From contig CM060731.1 of NCBI GenBank assembly GCA_030704615.1, positions 92,504,001 through 92,568,000 of the forward strand: a stretch of DNA of 64,000 nt. Reading direction: 5' to 3'. Shown here piece after piece: positions 24,368 through 36,662 of this stretch. Positions within the stretch are counted from its first letter, which is position 1, and every line of letters begins with the position of its first letter. Made by a program: the position numbers and the translations under genes. Source of the stretch: Takakia lepidozioides. Taxonomy: Eukaryota; Plantae; Bryophyta. The notes below the pieces were generated by a model. It did not search any database. It saw only the letters and a program-made list of their open reading frames with translations, and had not been told where the DNA came from.

Positions 24368-27300
24368 ATGGCGTGCCGGGATCCCAGCAATTGCCCTAAC
24401 AAGCATCTCACCCCGTGGGACTTCTCGCCCAAGTCAGGGGACATTTTCATATTCCTGCAGGATTGGATAGACCACTCTCAGCAGAGGCGGGTCCACCTGT
24501 CTGCTCTTGAGTACTTTCCTGGCTTCCACGATCAGCCTCGTGGGGACGGGCTTGCGCGGCTTTGGTGCCTGTGAATCATTGATTTGCAGTATCCGCCTGC
24601 ATGGAACATCCCCAAAAGCCGTACGACCTTCCTGTATCATTGGAGGTGCTGCTAGTGGGCCTACGAGGATTGCATCGGGTGTACGTACATGCCTGAGAGG
24701 ATTCCATCGCAAACAGTCTATGGGGACATTCTCATAAGCTACGAGGATGAGTCCTATGGACATAGAGTCTCCACAACAAAGATCTCCATTTACGATGGTG
24801 CATATATCGGAGGACATGACACCTTTGTCCACTACACCAAAGGGGAGCAGGCTGCATCCATTGTCTTCACCTACCGACACCCTGTCAGTCATGAGCTTGT
24901 TGAGAGGCCAATCGAGGGTCCAGCTTCCTGGTGAGAACAGTGTAACACCACAGGACATTCCCAACTTACCTAAGCATGGATTGCATGCATACTTTTGGCT
25001 TACCTCGGCTTGTGAGGGCATGCATACTTGTCACAGTTCATTATTAATAAATTTTTTCCTTTGAACCAAAGTTCCACTTTTTGTGCAATGTTGCATTTTG
25101 TTTCATGTTGACTTTTGGCTGCGAGGGTCTAGCACTCAAGCTTGCAATCAGACACACTGGAATGCCACCTCTGTCAATTCCCTCTGTCCATGGGGAAGGT
25201 TCTTGCACGCTTGCCCCCCACGCTTCTCGTCAGACGCCGCAATTATTGGTTTGCGCAGCGCACCTGCACAGGTCTGTAGCCTTCTGATTGCATACCGTTG
25301 GCAGTTATTGCGCAAAGGCCAGGGGCCGCATTCCGGAGACAAGGTTCATCAACACTCTGACAGCCAATTTTTGGGAGAGGGCTTGCCGGATTTGTGAATA
25401 TGCTTCGTCGCTCGGAAAGATCGACCCTGCATTCCTTTCCCTCGCTGCAGCCCCCCTTCTCCCAGGGCGCTTGCCCGAACGCCGTCCTGGCAGTCTTGTG
25501 TGCACATCTCCCATGGTAGAAAACTCAAGCGCTATAGTGTACTGCCCTTCTCATGAGCATAGAGCTACATTTCCGTGCAGAGGGGAGATCTGTCGGGTGA
25601 TGGAGAAATATCTCTGCGTTCGATACCACCTGAAACCGGGGTCAGTATTCTTGGAGGAGGAAATGAAGGATTCAAATGGAGTTGTAGTTGAAAGTTCCAC
25701 GATGATTTCGGCGACGGCAGGGAATGGCGAGTTCCACCATCGGACAACGTCATATACAGGGCTGTTGGGGACTTCATTTGCTCGCCAAATGCGCCTTCTA
25801 TCCTGCCACCTTCCACGAAACAATCCGCGAATCAGAGAGTTGGTACCTCAAAGAGAGAAATCCGCAATGAAGTTAATCTAGAGCCGACCCCATCAATGAA
25901 GATGAGTGAGAACCGGGTTGTTCACAACCTGTCCGACTCAGACGAGGTCATCGAAGCTCCAAGATCATCCTGGAGATAAGGCAAGTCCTCAATGGACATC
26001 ATCGGACGAGGGAGTCATGTTCCCAGCACGAGCTCAACAACTTGATCCATTCTTGATATTCTGCGAGGGCTTCAGATGGAGGGACACCGCTCCGAGCTGG
26101 CTGGGCTGGACTACAGCAAGTTCGCAATTAAATCCGTGACATGCCTTCCCGCAGACGTCGACGGCAATATCTTCTTTGAGTTCCACCCTCGAACGGACTA
26201 TTCGAGGGCATCCAGAATGTTGACAGATATGGATAGGAAACATGACGGTCATCCTTGATGCGTCACCAAAACCACCAGCATGAAGATGCTCAATGGTGTG
26301 CGGGTGCGCTACGTTGTATGTGCGGGTGCGCTGTGGTGTTTCTCCCCAACTTGCTTCCACTTTAAATCCAGAGGTCAGAGGAACGAGACGGATTGGACAA
26401 GCACAGCTCATCAACCATTTTGAGCTCAGGAAAAGGTTCCAAACTCCACATTTAAGTGTGCGCATTGCAAAGAACCACCACATTGCATGCCTGTTTGTAA
26501 TGCCAGGCAGTTTTATATGTTGCACCGTTTCCCTGACCTCACACGAGCTTGCATACACGTTGGTGTGCATTGTCACAAATTGACGAGGGGAAACTCGCGG
26601 GAGGCTGCCCAGGAGGCAGAGCAGCTCATTCAGGAGGAGGTTAAGTTGAGACCTGGTGCCAAACCCAAACAGATACAGCTGCAGGCCGCCCATAAGATGA
26701 CATTGGGCAGAATTATGTCGGAAGATGGCTCCGACAGAGTCCCTCTCGATGAGAAGGAAATGGAGGCCTTGTTGGAGTCAGTGTCCCACGTCTGTTCACC
26801 GAAAGTCCGAAACCACATTGTCTCCTGCAAACAGAGAATTGGGCGAGGCTCGGATATGCACTCCATTCTGGAGGTGAAGCGACGATGTGGATATGACTAC
26901 ATTCATGGAAGTAGGTTTCCAGGACAAGGGACTGAGGCAGATCGTTGTTTTGTATTCAAAATGTCAACGTGTGGGCCTGGCAACGGCGTGGGACTGGTCC
27001 ACCGGATGACGAGTGGGGATTTGTCAAACAGTTGGGTCATGTTTGACCATATCAAGCGAATTACAAATCACCAGTAGGTGACAATGGGTGCATACGTCTA
27101 CGACCCCCACTGCAGGATGCTAATGACAATTGCTATTTGTGAGATGAAAGGGGAGGACACACAATCGGAGACGCTTCTTTGGCAGGGGACAAACGAACAG
27201 ATGGGTAGGGCGGGATTGCCCCCGCCCAATTTCCGTGGTTTCATGGCGGACAACGCACAAGCAAATTGCGCTGCCATCCGAAGGGTGTACGGGGAAGACC

Positions 27301-29073
27301 CCAATGTTCCAATGGAAGGCAATGATAGATCTTGTGGGTTCCATTTTCTGTAGAGCTTGTCGCAGTACACAACCAGGCTCGTGGCGCCAGAATTCAGAGA
27401 GGAGCACCGTTCCATGTGTCTTGCATGGCGTGCTCCCACCTTGGATGATGCAGAGACACAGTTTGCATATATACGGGCTTGGTGGACAACGTCAGGTGCT
27501 GTAAAGAAATTATATGAGGATCCGGGTGGATACGAGAGCACGTTGTGATGAGATGATTCGGAGGAACCCACACGGTGCTGTACCTGCACCTTGTTTCAGC
27601 GCACAGCACTTCCTTTGAAATGATGGCAATGTCCTTGCAATTCTCCACTGTGACTCCGACACTCTTGTCTCCACAATGGGTATGTTGTACTGCGTTACTA
27701 CATATGGCTCGTTATGTTCCTCGGGCACGTGCCCTGTGCTCAAAGGAGATGGCGATCTTGAATGTGCAGGGCTTGCGGTGCTCGACGAGACGTCCTCGGG
27801 CAACATTACGGGACCACGAGGGAGCGTGCGAATATTCTTGTCAACTCGCCATGAATCCTCTTCTCCGCCAGGTGCCTCGTCAAGTCTTCGTCTCACTAGA
27901 CGAGTGTGAACACCTTCCAAGTGTTGGCCTCTTCGAAGCAATGGTGTGTCTCGAAGGCCCTCTCGCAAAACTGCCGCCCACTTCCGAGGATTCGTCGATC
28001 TGGAGGCAGTCCGCATCAGCATTTCATGCCTGCCCGGCCCCAAGCCCCACTGTTTCCCTTTCAAGAACTTGTTATACCTGCATTGCTGCATAATTGACCT
28101 CACAATGTCCTCCGTTGTGGCAGTGAGGATGTCCACCAAATGCGCCGCAGAGGAGGCACGCCAGGAAGAATGTACTGATTCGGCCATGTTTGTTGTCAGC
28201 ATGTCGGTGTCGGAGTCCAGACACATTTCCTACACATGCACATTCTCAGGTTACAAGGAAGTTACAAATAATGACTAGCATAATATTGAACGGGACGTGA
28301 ATTCGTCCAACTCACCTCCCGCATATAGTCGCCGAACTGGAGGAAACGATAATGCCACCATGCTAGCCAACTGACCATTGACTCCCAGATTTTCTCACGC
28401 CACAACGCAAATGTTTTGGTTATGTAGGCACGACATAATGACTTGTGTATTTGACAAGCCCAAGTACGGGATTCAGGGAATGCCGGAGCCTCTGGGCGTA
28501 TGGCCTGTTGCACCGGGTTGCAACCTCTCTCAGAATGAGGCGGATGCTCTTTCTGCAGCAGGATTTCGAATGGTGCAATGCACAGACGTCCCGGCCCACC
28601 CATTTCCAGTTCCTCAGACCCAGCCATTGCAGACTGCGAGGTCTAGTAGAGACGGATTGGACAATTCTGCACATCCCACAATGCGATTCGGAAGAGTGAA
28701 GAGACGACACCCTCCCAACAAGTTGAATGAGACTCGGATTGCCAATGCTCTTGGGATGGCTTGCACTATTTAGAGCTCCCAGGACGTACCCGCACCCGGC
28801 CTTGGGCGTGTTTATCGGATGGCAACGGCCGACTCAGCTGTACACGACGACATATACACAATTACAATCGGAGTAGAGCCGACCTGCAATTGTACGGACT
28901 TCTCGTTGATGGAAGCAAAGAAGGGGACAAAGTATTATCCGTGCAAGCATCTGTATTACATTTACCTGAAGAGGTTGAGGATGAACTTGAGTATTGATGA
29001 CTTTGTTCATGCACCACCGTTGAGCGTGAACGAGCTGCACAAACTCCTCGGCAGGGATTCCAGAAATCATTGA
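24368..29073 (+). pseudogene. MULE-type transposase with GCM-like Zn DNA-binding domain, DDE core and C-terminal SWIM; internally inverted at 27510-28390
   Basis: GCM-like CAGALWC...KCAHCKEP...CNAR...RACIHVGVHCH; WVMFDH; FRGFMADNAQA; RSCGFH (CxxH); TTNMAESVH (on - strand); SWIM CNCTDF...CKHLYYIY. The 5' boundary is approximate. Confidence 0.85.
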
Positions 29074-29405
29074 TGGGGCAAAGGGAATCCACCATATGGA
29101 TATTTGCAATTGCATTTTTATGCATTAGACTTTGTTTTGCAGTGTAATGAAATGCACCCCAAAACTCCAGGAATGAGACAGGCAATATTAAAGTAATCTC
29201 TTTCAAACACATTATGGACTTCTAGATATCCGTTGACGTCCAGTGGCAGTTCAGTGTCGAAACAGAATCCATAATAAGATGGCGGCAGGAAAAATTTGCA
29301 GATCTTCCAAAAAACTGAGTTCCAATAGAAGCAGTTGTGGGGTCCATTTCTAGAAATATGGCGCCGAATTTCCCTATTTTGGGCCGAAAACTGGCCAAGT
29401 CCCAA

Positions 29406-29578
29406 TAAGGTGGACGCATTGCCGAAGCAAGCGTAACTTATGGTGTCACTTGTCACAGAAGGGCTACTGCCTTCCGGTAGGAAAGTGGACACCTTTGTAA
29501 CAACCAACAGGGTGGTTTGAACCCACAACCACTCGTAAGAGGGTATATGCCCTTAACACTGGGCTACATATTGGTTGT
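29406..29578 (-). mobile_element. tRNA-derived SINE (copy 2)
   Basis: Reverse complement aligns end to end with 502-670. 14-bp TSD TGGCCAAGTCCCAA (29392-29405) / TGGCTAAGTCCCAA (29579-29592). Confidence 0.85.
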
Positions 29579-29748
29579 TGGCTAAGTCCCAACATGTACG
29601 GGAACAATGTCTGGAAAAATGGTGTCGCGCCGAATTTCGAGTTACATGGCCCAGAACTGCTCAACATCTGTGCAATCCTCGGCACCATCTCCCGAAATTC
29701 GGTGCCACATTTCCAAATTTTGGGCTAACATACTTGGCATGTTGGGAC

Positions 29749-30596
29749 CAGTGTTGTGCGGGTTCTGCCTTTTTAAGGGACCCGTCGGGTCCGGGTGCGG
29801 GTTTTCTTTCAGAGCCAAGTCCGGGTCCGGATCCGGGTTTTTGAAATTTAAAAAATCCGGGTCCGGGTTTGTCAACACGGACTCGGGTTAGGGTCCGGGT
29901 AGTTGTTGGGAAATATTAGCGGGTTCACGGGTTCGGATCCGGGTCCTAATTTATTGATTAAATAAATTAGAAAAATAAGATTAATTAGGGATAAAATTAT
30001 TTTTGGCTGGAAAAACTTTAAATCCTAATAATGAATTTTATTTTAAGAGACATTCCTTCAAATATACCATGAGTAAGAATTAAAATAGAAGTTTGAGTTC
30101 CATTTTCTATTTTTCAATATCAATTCTTTAAACATGTTAAAAATAGTAATATGCCTCAAGGGTAGATCACTATAGCATGGATGTGTGGGATCTGGCATAA
30201 TAATAATATATGACGCCTCCTTTGGGAGGTGTAAATTATGGTCCCATAGGGCACAACTTTGTGACACCACGCCATGGATTGAACCCACAACCGTTTTTGA
30301 GGTGGTATGTGGGCATTACCACTGGGCTACAACGTGGTGGGGCTGGCTGCTGCAGTGGCCTACTGCTTGCTTGTCCCTCCACACATATGACAAAACCTAC
30401 CAGATCTAAGGTGGACCCCGCATGCCCCATCTAAAATTAAGACCCTGACCCTGACCCCCTACATTGGCCCACGGGTAGCGGGTTTAACGGGTTCTGGACC
30501 CAGCAGGCGGGTCCGGGTATTTTGTGATAGCACGGGTGCGGGTGCGGGTAACATGGATCCTAACCCGCCTTCAAAACCCAGACCCGCACAACACTA
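29749..30596. mobile_element. Non-autonomous hAT element (MITE)
   Basis: TIR (C/T)AGTGTTGTGCGGGT, perfect 8-bp TSD GTTGGGAC, and GGGTCCGGGT subterminal repeats. Confidence 0.92.
30197..30340 (-). mobile_element. Shorter related tRNA-SINE (copy 3) inside the hAT MITE
   Basis: On -: TAGCCCAGTGG A-box, GGTTCAATCC B-box, terminal ...GGAGGCGTCAT and (TAT)n tail. No convincing TSD. Confidence 0.7.
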
Positions 30597-30951
30597 GTTG
30601 GGACCTACTGCCGCGAAATTCGGCACCATTTTTCACCAGAGGCACCTATTACCGCAAAATAGGTCGCAATTTTCTTTGGTTGCGGAACCTATTATTCGGC
30701 GCCATTTTTACAGATATCGCTCGGAATTTCCATGAGCGCAAGACGAAATATCATGAGCACGGCTCCCAAAACTTCAATTTCAGCTTCAAACAATGAATAT
30801 TATATTATTTTTGTTCTGACACATTCCATTAAAATAATTTTTTTAATGTTTTTTATTTCCAAAATTTGTACTTTGCTCATGAAAAGCGATTGTCTTACTA
30901 CTCCGCTCATGCCGCTCAATGCTCATGAAATAGCTAACCTCCTCCAGAAAG

Positions 30952-31380
30952 ATTACATAAAATTATACTCTTGGTCAAAAAAAAAAACGCACTCTTGGTC
31001 AAGCTTGCGTTAATGCAAGCCTGAACCTTGGTCTGAAACCAGTCCCCTTTCGGGGGAAAAAAAAGAAAAAAAAGAAAAAAAAACCACTCTTGGTCAGGCT
31101 TGCATTAACGTAAGCCTGAACCCTGGTCTGAAACCAGTCCCCTTTCATTAATATATATATATACATATATTTGGTCAGGCTTGCATTAACACAAGCCTGA
31201 ACCCTGCTCTGAAACTAGTCCCCTTTCCTACACTCTGTGCACTTGTGCAAATCCAAGAAAACCACAATGTGTGCACAGAAACGTCTGTGATACCAGGGTA
31301 TGTAGCCACATCAAATACTGTAATCAAATATTGTAATCAAATACTGTAATCAAACTTGCGTTAACGCAAGCTTGAACATA
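30952..31380. repeat. Palindromic CTTGCGTTAACGCAAG repeats (intron of outer element, right part)
   Basis: Four copies; same unit as 1735-1795. Confidence 0.85.
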
Positions 31381-31444
31381 GAGTGCAATCGGGTCTAAAA
31401 GGAAGCAAATGCAAATGGCAATGCACTTCCATTCTAACCTGTAA

Positions 31445-34432
31445 ATGACTCGCTTCATTGCCTGCTCCCCATTGTACTACGTATTGAATAGGTTAGAGCG
31501 CAAAATTCCCCCATCTACTGCGAATTCACGGAAGAAGGCATACTTCCAAACAATCTCTTTCCACCTCCAAATGAAAGTGCTGAAAGATTCATCGGGCTCA
31601 GCCACCTCGATTTTGAAGTCAATGAAGAGTTTGCTCCATAACTTCCAAACCCCTCTCTCTAGCTGCCAAGACACAAGCTTGTGTTATGATGCGTTTACAA
31701 ACAATTGTAATTTTAATGCAAGTTATTGTGAAGGCAGGATGATTTCAACACCTGGCACCAAAATATCACTTTATGGAGCCACTTGTCCTAGTCGACATCG
31801 CTGAAAGGCCCCACGAAATGAAAGTTGTTTGCCTGACGGACAAGGTCAGAGTTCCAGATCTTAAGCCATCACACCTTGTGCTTTGGTTCCACCATTGCCA
31901 TTGCAAGCCTATGCAACTTCTCCTGTGTCATTTCTGGCTTGCCACTCTTGTTCCAATGGAGCCGCACTTGGTCCAGGAATCCTGCACCGAGACTAGGATC
32001 AGCTATGCGAAGCTGTTTGGTGAACGCCGTGACAACGTTTTTGCGGCATAATCTCATAGGTCCTGTCATGAACATCCGATCTAGAGGTCGCCATGGCGCC
32101 CATAGCCTGACAAGGGGACATTCACAATTTGGGTGACGCGACACTCCAGGGTTCTAGCAGACTCTATCTTGCACTCATTATCTGCACCAGCCTCAACCCA
32201 AAGTACCGCATTTCCATTCTTTTTTGTGGGCCAATTGTTGCCATGTCGAGGTCATGTAGGAAAGTTGGAAGGGAAAGCCATTGGAGAAACTGACGTTACG
32301 ACAGTTGGGCCTCTCAGAAGGCGAATCCTGGCCTCCTCCAGCATGTCAATTTCCAGTTTGGAGAGTGCGGTTCCTAACTTCACTGGCTGGAATTTGAGGC
32401 TTCATTATCACAGAATCCCGAACAGTCCCCATGACACAGCGCACAATGACATCCAGGCAGAACCAGAACTTGTGAGGCCTAGACTCCCGCGACATGTAAT
32501 GCTTGAATAAGCCGGTGAATGTTGAGGCGGGAGTTCCGCGTGTCCTTTTCAAAATCTAGGCGGTGCACTTCTGAAACGAGGGGTGCCCTAATAGCAGCAC
32601 ACTTGACTTTTGATCCCTGGGGAGTCCGTTCTATATGCCACATTGCCTTTGTACAGTCAGACTCCTCTACCGGCAGCATGTTCTCCCCTTCTCCCCGGAC
32701 TGTAATGGTTGGAGACTCGAGAGGGAACGATGCTGAAGAAGATTCACCCACAAAGGGGGTGACAACCACGAAAGTGGGGGGGCACAGGCACACGAGGTGA
32801 GAAGTTGTCCCTATCGTGGCATTGAGCAGGCCATCAACGAAGCAATGGACTATTGGCGATTTTCCTAATTGCACTTTTCCGGACTTTCAGAACACGCTCT
32901 CAAGCTCTCTTGGTAAGATAGGCAATTTTGTCTCGTGCCAGCATCTTTACTACATCTACATTCAGAGGATGTTTTGCGATCCTAAACGAGACACGTACAT
33001 TCACCAATGTACGTTAGGACCAGTGTTGGACTGGTATGTCCATTTTTTAATACCAGACTGGTCTTGGTATGAAGGGTCCCACCCCTTTTTCATACCAGGC
33101 TGGTATAGGTATCTATACAGGTATGAGCAACTTGGGTATGAATTTGGTATGAGTAGTTGTACTTTGGGCTATATATGAGTATGGTACTGGTATTGCCCTT
33201 TCTCTGTAGTGATACTGGGGGGGTATGAGCACTGGTATGGTATTTCTACAGCTCACCATACATAGAAATAAATGTCATTTAGCACATTGCTAATTTTAAT
33301 CCAAGCCGTGAAACACTAGACAAAGGTAACCCAAAGTAGCACGAAACATCAAATGAAGTCTAAATTGCAACATGGAGCCTTGAATTAACCAAATTGTAGT
33401 ACAGGGTATAACTAGCTGCACTAACATATACTCATATCTATCTCCATTCGCCATGAACTCACCGCAATACTGGTATCGGGACCATGCTATTCCTCCATAT
33501 ACCCAGACTGGTATGATATGTGTGCGGGGAATCCTAAAGCCATACTCCCCCAGTACGTTATCACATGGCTACACTGGTTCTTTCATACCCGACTGGTATG
33601 TTCTTCAATATATATATTCATACATGTATTCCATACCTAGGTTAAACTAGGTATACCAGTCCAACACTGGTTAGGACCCAATGACGTTCATACACTACTG
33701 CAGCGAGATAGTTCGGGTTCAATTTGAGATGTAGTCGGGATTTGCATTGCAACTCTGCCGGTTATTATGTCATGTCATTGTTATGAAAATCTAAAGTGTA
33801 TCCGACTTTGGAGATGGCTTCGTGCTGGTTAATGGCAACATTTTCTTAGAATGAGATCAATCTTCAATCTTGTTTTGCAATGCATGTTTGTGTTCCAACC
33901 AGGTGGACTTGCAGATGGCTTCGTGCTGGTTATTGGCAACACTTTCTTGAATGAGATCAAATCTTGTTTTGCAATTGGTTTATGACTACACTTTCTATGA
34001 GATGAATGAATGAGATGAATGAGATGAATCCGATGAATGTCATGAATGTTCTTTTACAAACAATCTTATTTCAATCATTCATGGTACATTCATCCAATCA
34101 TTTTTCATCCCACATTCATCCTACATTCATCCATTCCTCATTGCCATTCATCCTTGCTTACTTCATTGAGAAGTTTTTCGTGCACATTCATCTCAGATTT
34201 TCTTGCATGGAGGTCGGCGTCTTCGGTCCCGACATGGTATGTTACCCTCCAATTTGCACAAGTTTGCGTCCACGACAATAGGCCCTGCTTCTTCCACAGT
34301 TATAAGCTCCACTTCCATGTTCTGCTCACGCTTAAAATGTGCTCACGCTTAAGGGAATCTGCTCACGACTAATGGAATCTACTCACGCTTAGTGCGCTAA
34401 GCGTGAGCGCGCTCACGCCCTAGCTGCTCTCC
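31445..34432. mobile_element. Deleted and rearranged remnant of the older MULE relative (cargo exons, transposase pieces, SWIM, right terminus)
   Basis: IADPSLGAGFL...KPEMTQEKLHRLA (31869-32144, -) resembles 19761-20042. FKIEVAEPDES (31477-31674, -) resembles 19249-19494. WHIERTP...KCAA and KFWFC (32350-32680, -) resemble the inner transposase. SWIM at 32816-33020 (+). GCTCACG repeats ending TAGCTGCTCTCC resemble the inner right TIR. Confidence 0.75.
33021..33669. mobile_element. Non-autonomous hAT element (MITE)
   Basis: Perfect TIR CAGTGTTGGACTGGTAT, 8-bp TSD GTTAGGAC, TGGTAT subterminal repeats. Removal restores SWIM C-terminus CTLGPNDVHTLLQRD. Confidence 0.93.
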
Positions 34433-35279
34433 TCCTCTTCGGCGTCCCCATAATTCGACATGTCGGACGTTAACTGAAAACACATTAAGGGATGAACAAA
34501 AATGAAGCTTCAATATCTTAGATGGAATCTACCATCTCGCTCTAGACGAGAATCATCTCTGTATCTCTCTACTTCTTCTTCTTCTCCAACTTTCCCTTGC
34601 TCCACCTCCACTTCTCTCTGCTCCACTGTAGAGATTCTAAGTCCTCAAATACGATCTTCTTCTGCCCTAACTAGGTCTCTTTCAGCAGCTCGACGCTGCA
34701 ATCAGGCCTCTCGTTTTCATAGAGACAAGGGTTCCAAACGATCCATTCGATATTATTTCATAGTTACTGAACATGGTTCATCGGGTCATCCGTCACGGTT
34801 CTCCGTGAGTATTTGTCTTATGGCTGCCTCTGGACATATAAGGGTTTTCCTTTTTTTTCACTTCAATAATCATTAATAAAGTTACATCCAGGGCCACTGT
34901 CCCCTGTTCACCTTTTAAAAATAAAAATAAAAATAAATAAAAATAACAAATCTGAGTTGGCAATTCAATTGAATTACATGTTCAATTGCAGATTAGGGTT
35001 GAATTGAAAGTGTTTTTTTAATAGTTCAAATGAATTGTGGACAAATTCAATTGAATTGCCTTTGCAGTTCAATTGAATTGTGCATTTTTAGTCGGTGAGC
35101 AATTGAATTGTGATGTATTTCACATCAAGGCCTTTTTGGAATTCCCTAAGCTTCTGTTTATTATTCTTTCTCCAGGGCCGCCAGGGACTCCACTGAAATG
35201 TGGCAAGCATTGATCACAGAATTACCTTCGCCGTGGCTATGCACGTATGGAGACCTTTTGGCCAAAAGCTACTTTAGCC

Positions 35280-36662
35280 AGCCCCAGTTTTGGAACCTAA
35301 CCTAGGTCTTCTGTCACTCACACCATTCATAATATATTAGGGCTGCCACCTGTTCTGCCAATTCGGGAGGGCGGCCCCACCCTTCAAAGTGCAGGGCGTA
35401 CTTTATAGTCATCCTTAGAGGTGAAGGGTGTTAAATGAAATATTTGTTTTGAAGGGTAAGGGGGGTAAGAAAAAAGAAGGTAGGAAGAGGGCAACTATTA
35501 AATTGGGGATGGTTTAGGCGCCAAATTGGGGTAAGAAGGTGACACGTGGTGGTTTCTAGGGGTGGCAGGTGTCCCAGGGCAGCCTTCTAGAAGGGTCCCA
35601 CCGCCTTGAGAAGGTATATAAAGGAGAGCAGCGCTCTCTTCCCTTGCTACTACTTACTAAGTTAGTACGGAAAGGGCTCTAGGGCCCCAATAAAACTCAA
35701 ACAAGAACCATAGAAGTATTAATTAATAGGGACAGTAAGCTCAAATAAGGGTCCCAACTTCAACTTCTCTCAGGGGCTATTCCTAAAGGTTGAAAAAATG
35801 GAGAGGATTGGAGCGGCCAATGGGGAGGGAGGGCACTTGTGTTGGAATGGGTGAAATGTGAGGCCACGTATAGAGGCTAGCATAGAAGTAGGAGGTGGGC
35901 CCTCCTTGTCGAGCTTTCCAGAAGCAGGATGAGGCGGTGGGCCGCTTCCAGAATGCTCCACCGCCTTTAGACAGTATATAAAGAGGGTAAGGGCTACATT
36001 TTACAAACTTTCTTTCGCCTCCACATTACTTTGGTAGGCTGTGCAAGCAGGCCCCCCTTAGAAAATTAAAATTTGGAACCTAAACCATATGTCAATAAGG
36101 GTCAACATTATTAGACCTCCTACTTCTATGCCCGCCTCTTCACGTGGCCTCACATATTCACGCATGAAGAAGGAGGCGGCGGAGGTCATGTGCTTGTTGG
36201 AGATGCACCTTCCTCCTTCTTTCTTTGACATCCAAGATCTGTTCCCTCCCTCCCCATTGGCCGCTCCAATGCTCTCCCTTTTTTGACCTTCAAGAACAAC
36301 CCCTGCCAGGATTTGGGGACCCTCAGCTTATTGTTGCTATTAATTAATACATTGATGTTTGCGTTTTTTTTTTTTGGGTCATGCCTCTGCAACCGTAGTA
36401 AGAGGCAGAGGCTTCTCCTTTATATACCCTCTGAGGGGCTCTGGGACCCTTCTAGAAGTCCGCAATTGGTGGGACCTCCTTACCCAAATTTGGCGGCCTG
36501 AACCATCCCCAATTTAATACCTTTCGCCTTCCTACCTTCTTTTTTAACTTACCACCTTACATGACGGTTATTAACGTAAATCCTTGTTTAGCTTACTATA
36601 ACCCCCCTTTTTAAATTCCTGGACAACTCTCTAATGGACAGGCCCACCCAAACTTGGGGGGC
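35280..36662. mobile_element. Foldback / long-inverted-repeat element
   Basis: Arms match in reverse complement, e.g. ATTAAATTGGGGATGGTTTAGGC (~35500) vs ~36495-36518, and GGAGCGGCCAATGGGGAGG (~35810) vs ~36248-36267. Ends are approximate and no TSD was resolved. Confidence 0.7.

Larger units (their letters stand above)
1870..30942. mobile_element. Giant Mutator-like (MULE) DNA transposon with cargo gene and nested insertions
   Basis: Left end GGGGGCTGCTATTTCATGAGTGGCATGAGC; right end reverse complement GGAGGTTAGCTATTTCATGAGCATTGAGC. Flanks TCCAAAAAG (1861-1869) and TCCAGAAAG (30943-30951) form a 9-bp TSD with 1 mismatch. Internal MULE-type transposase; both flanks belong to the same host repeat. 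Confidence 0.8.
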
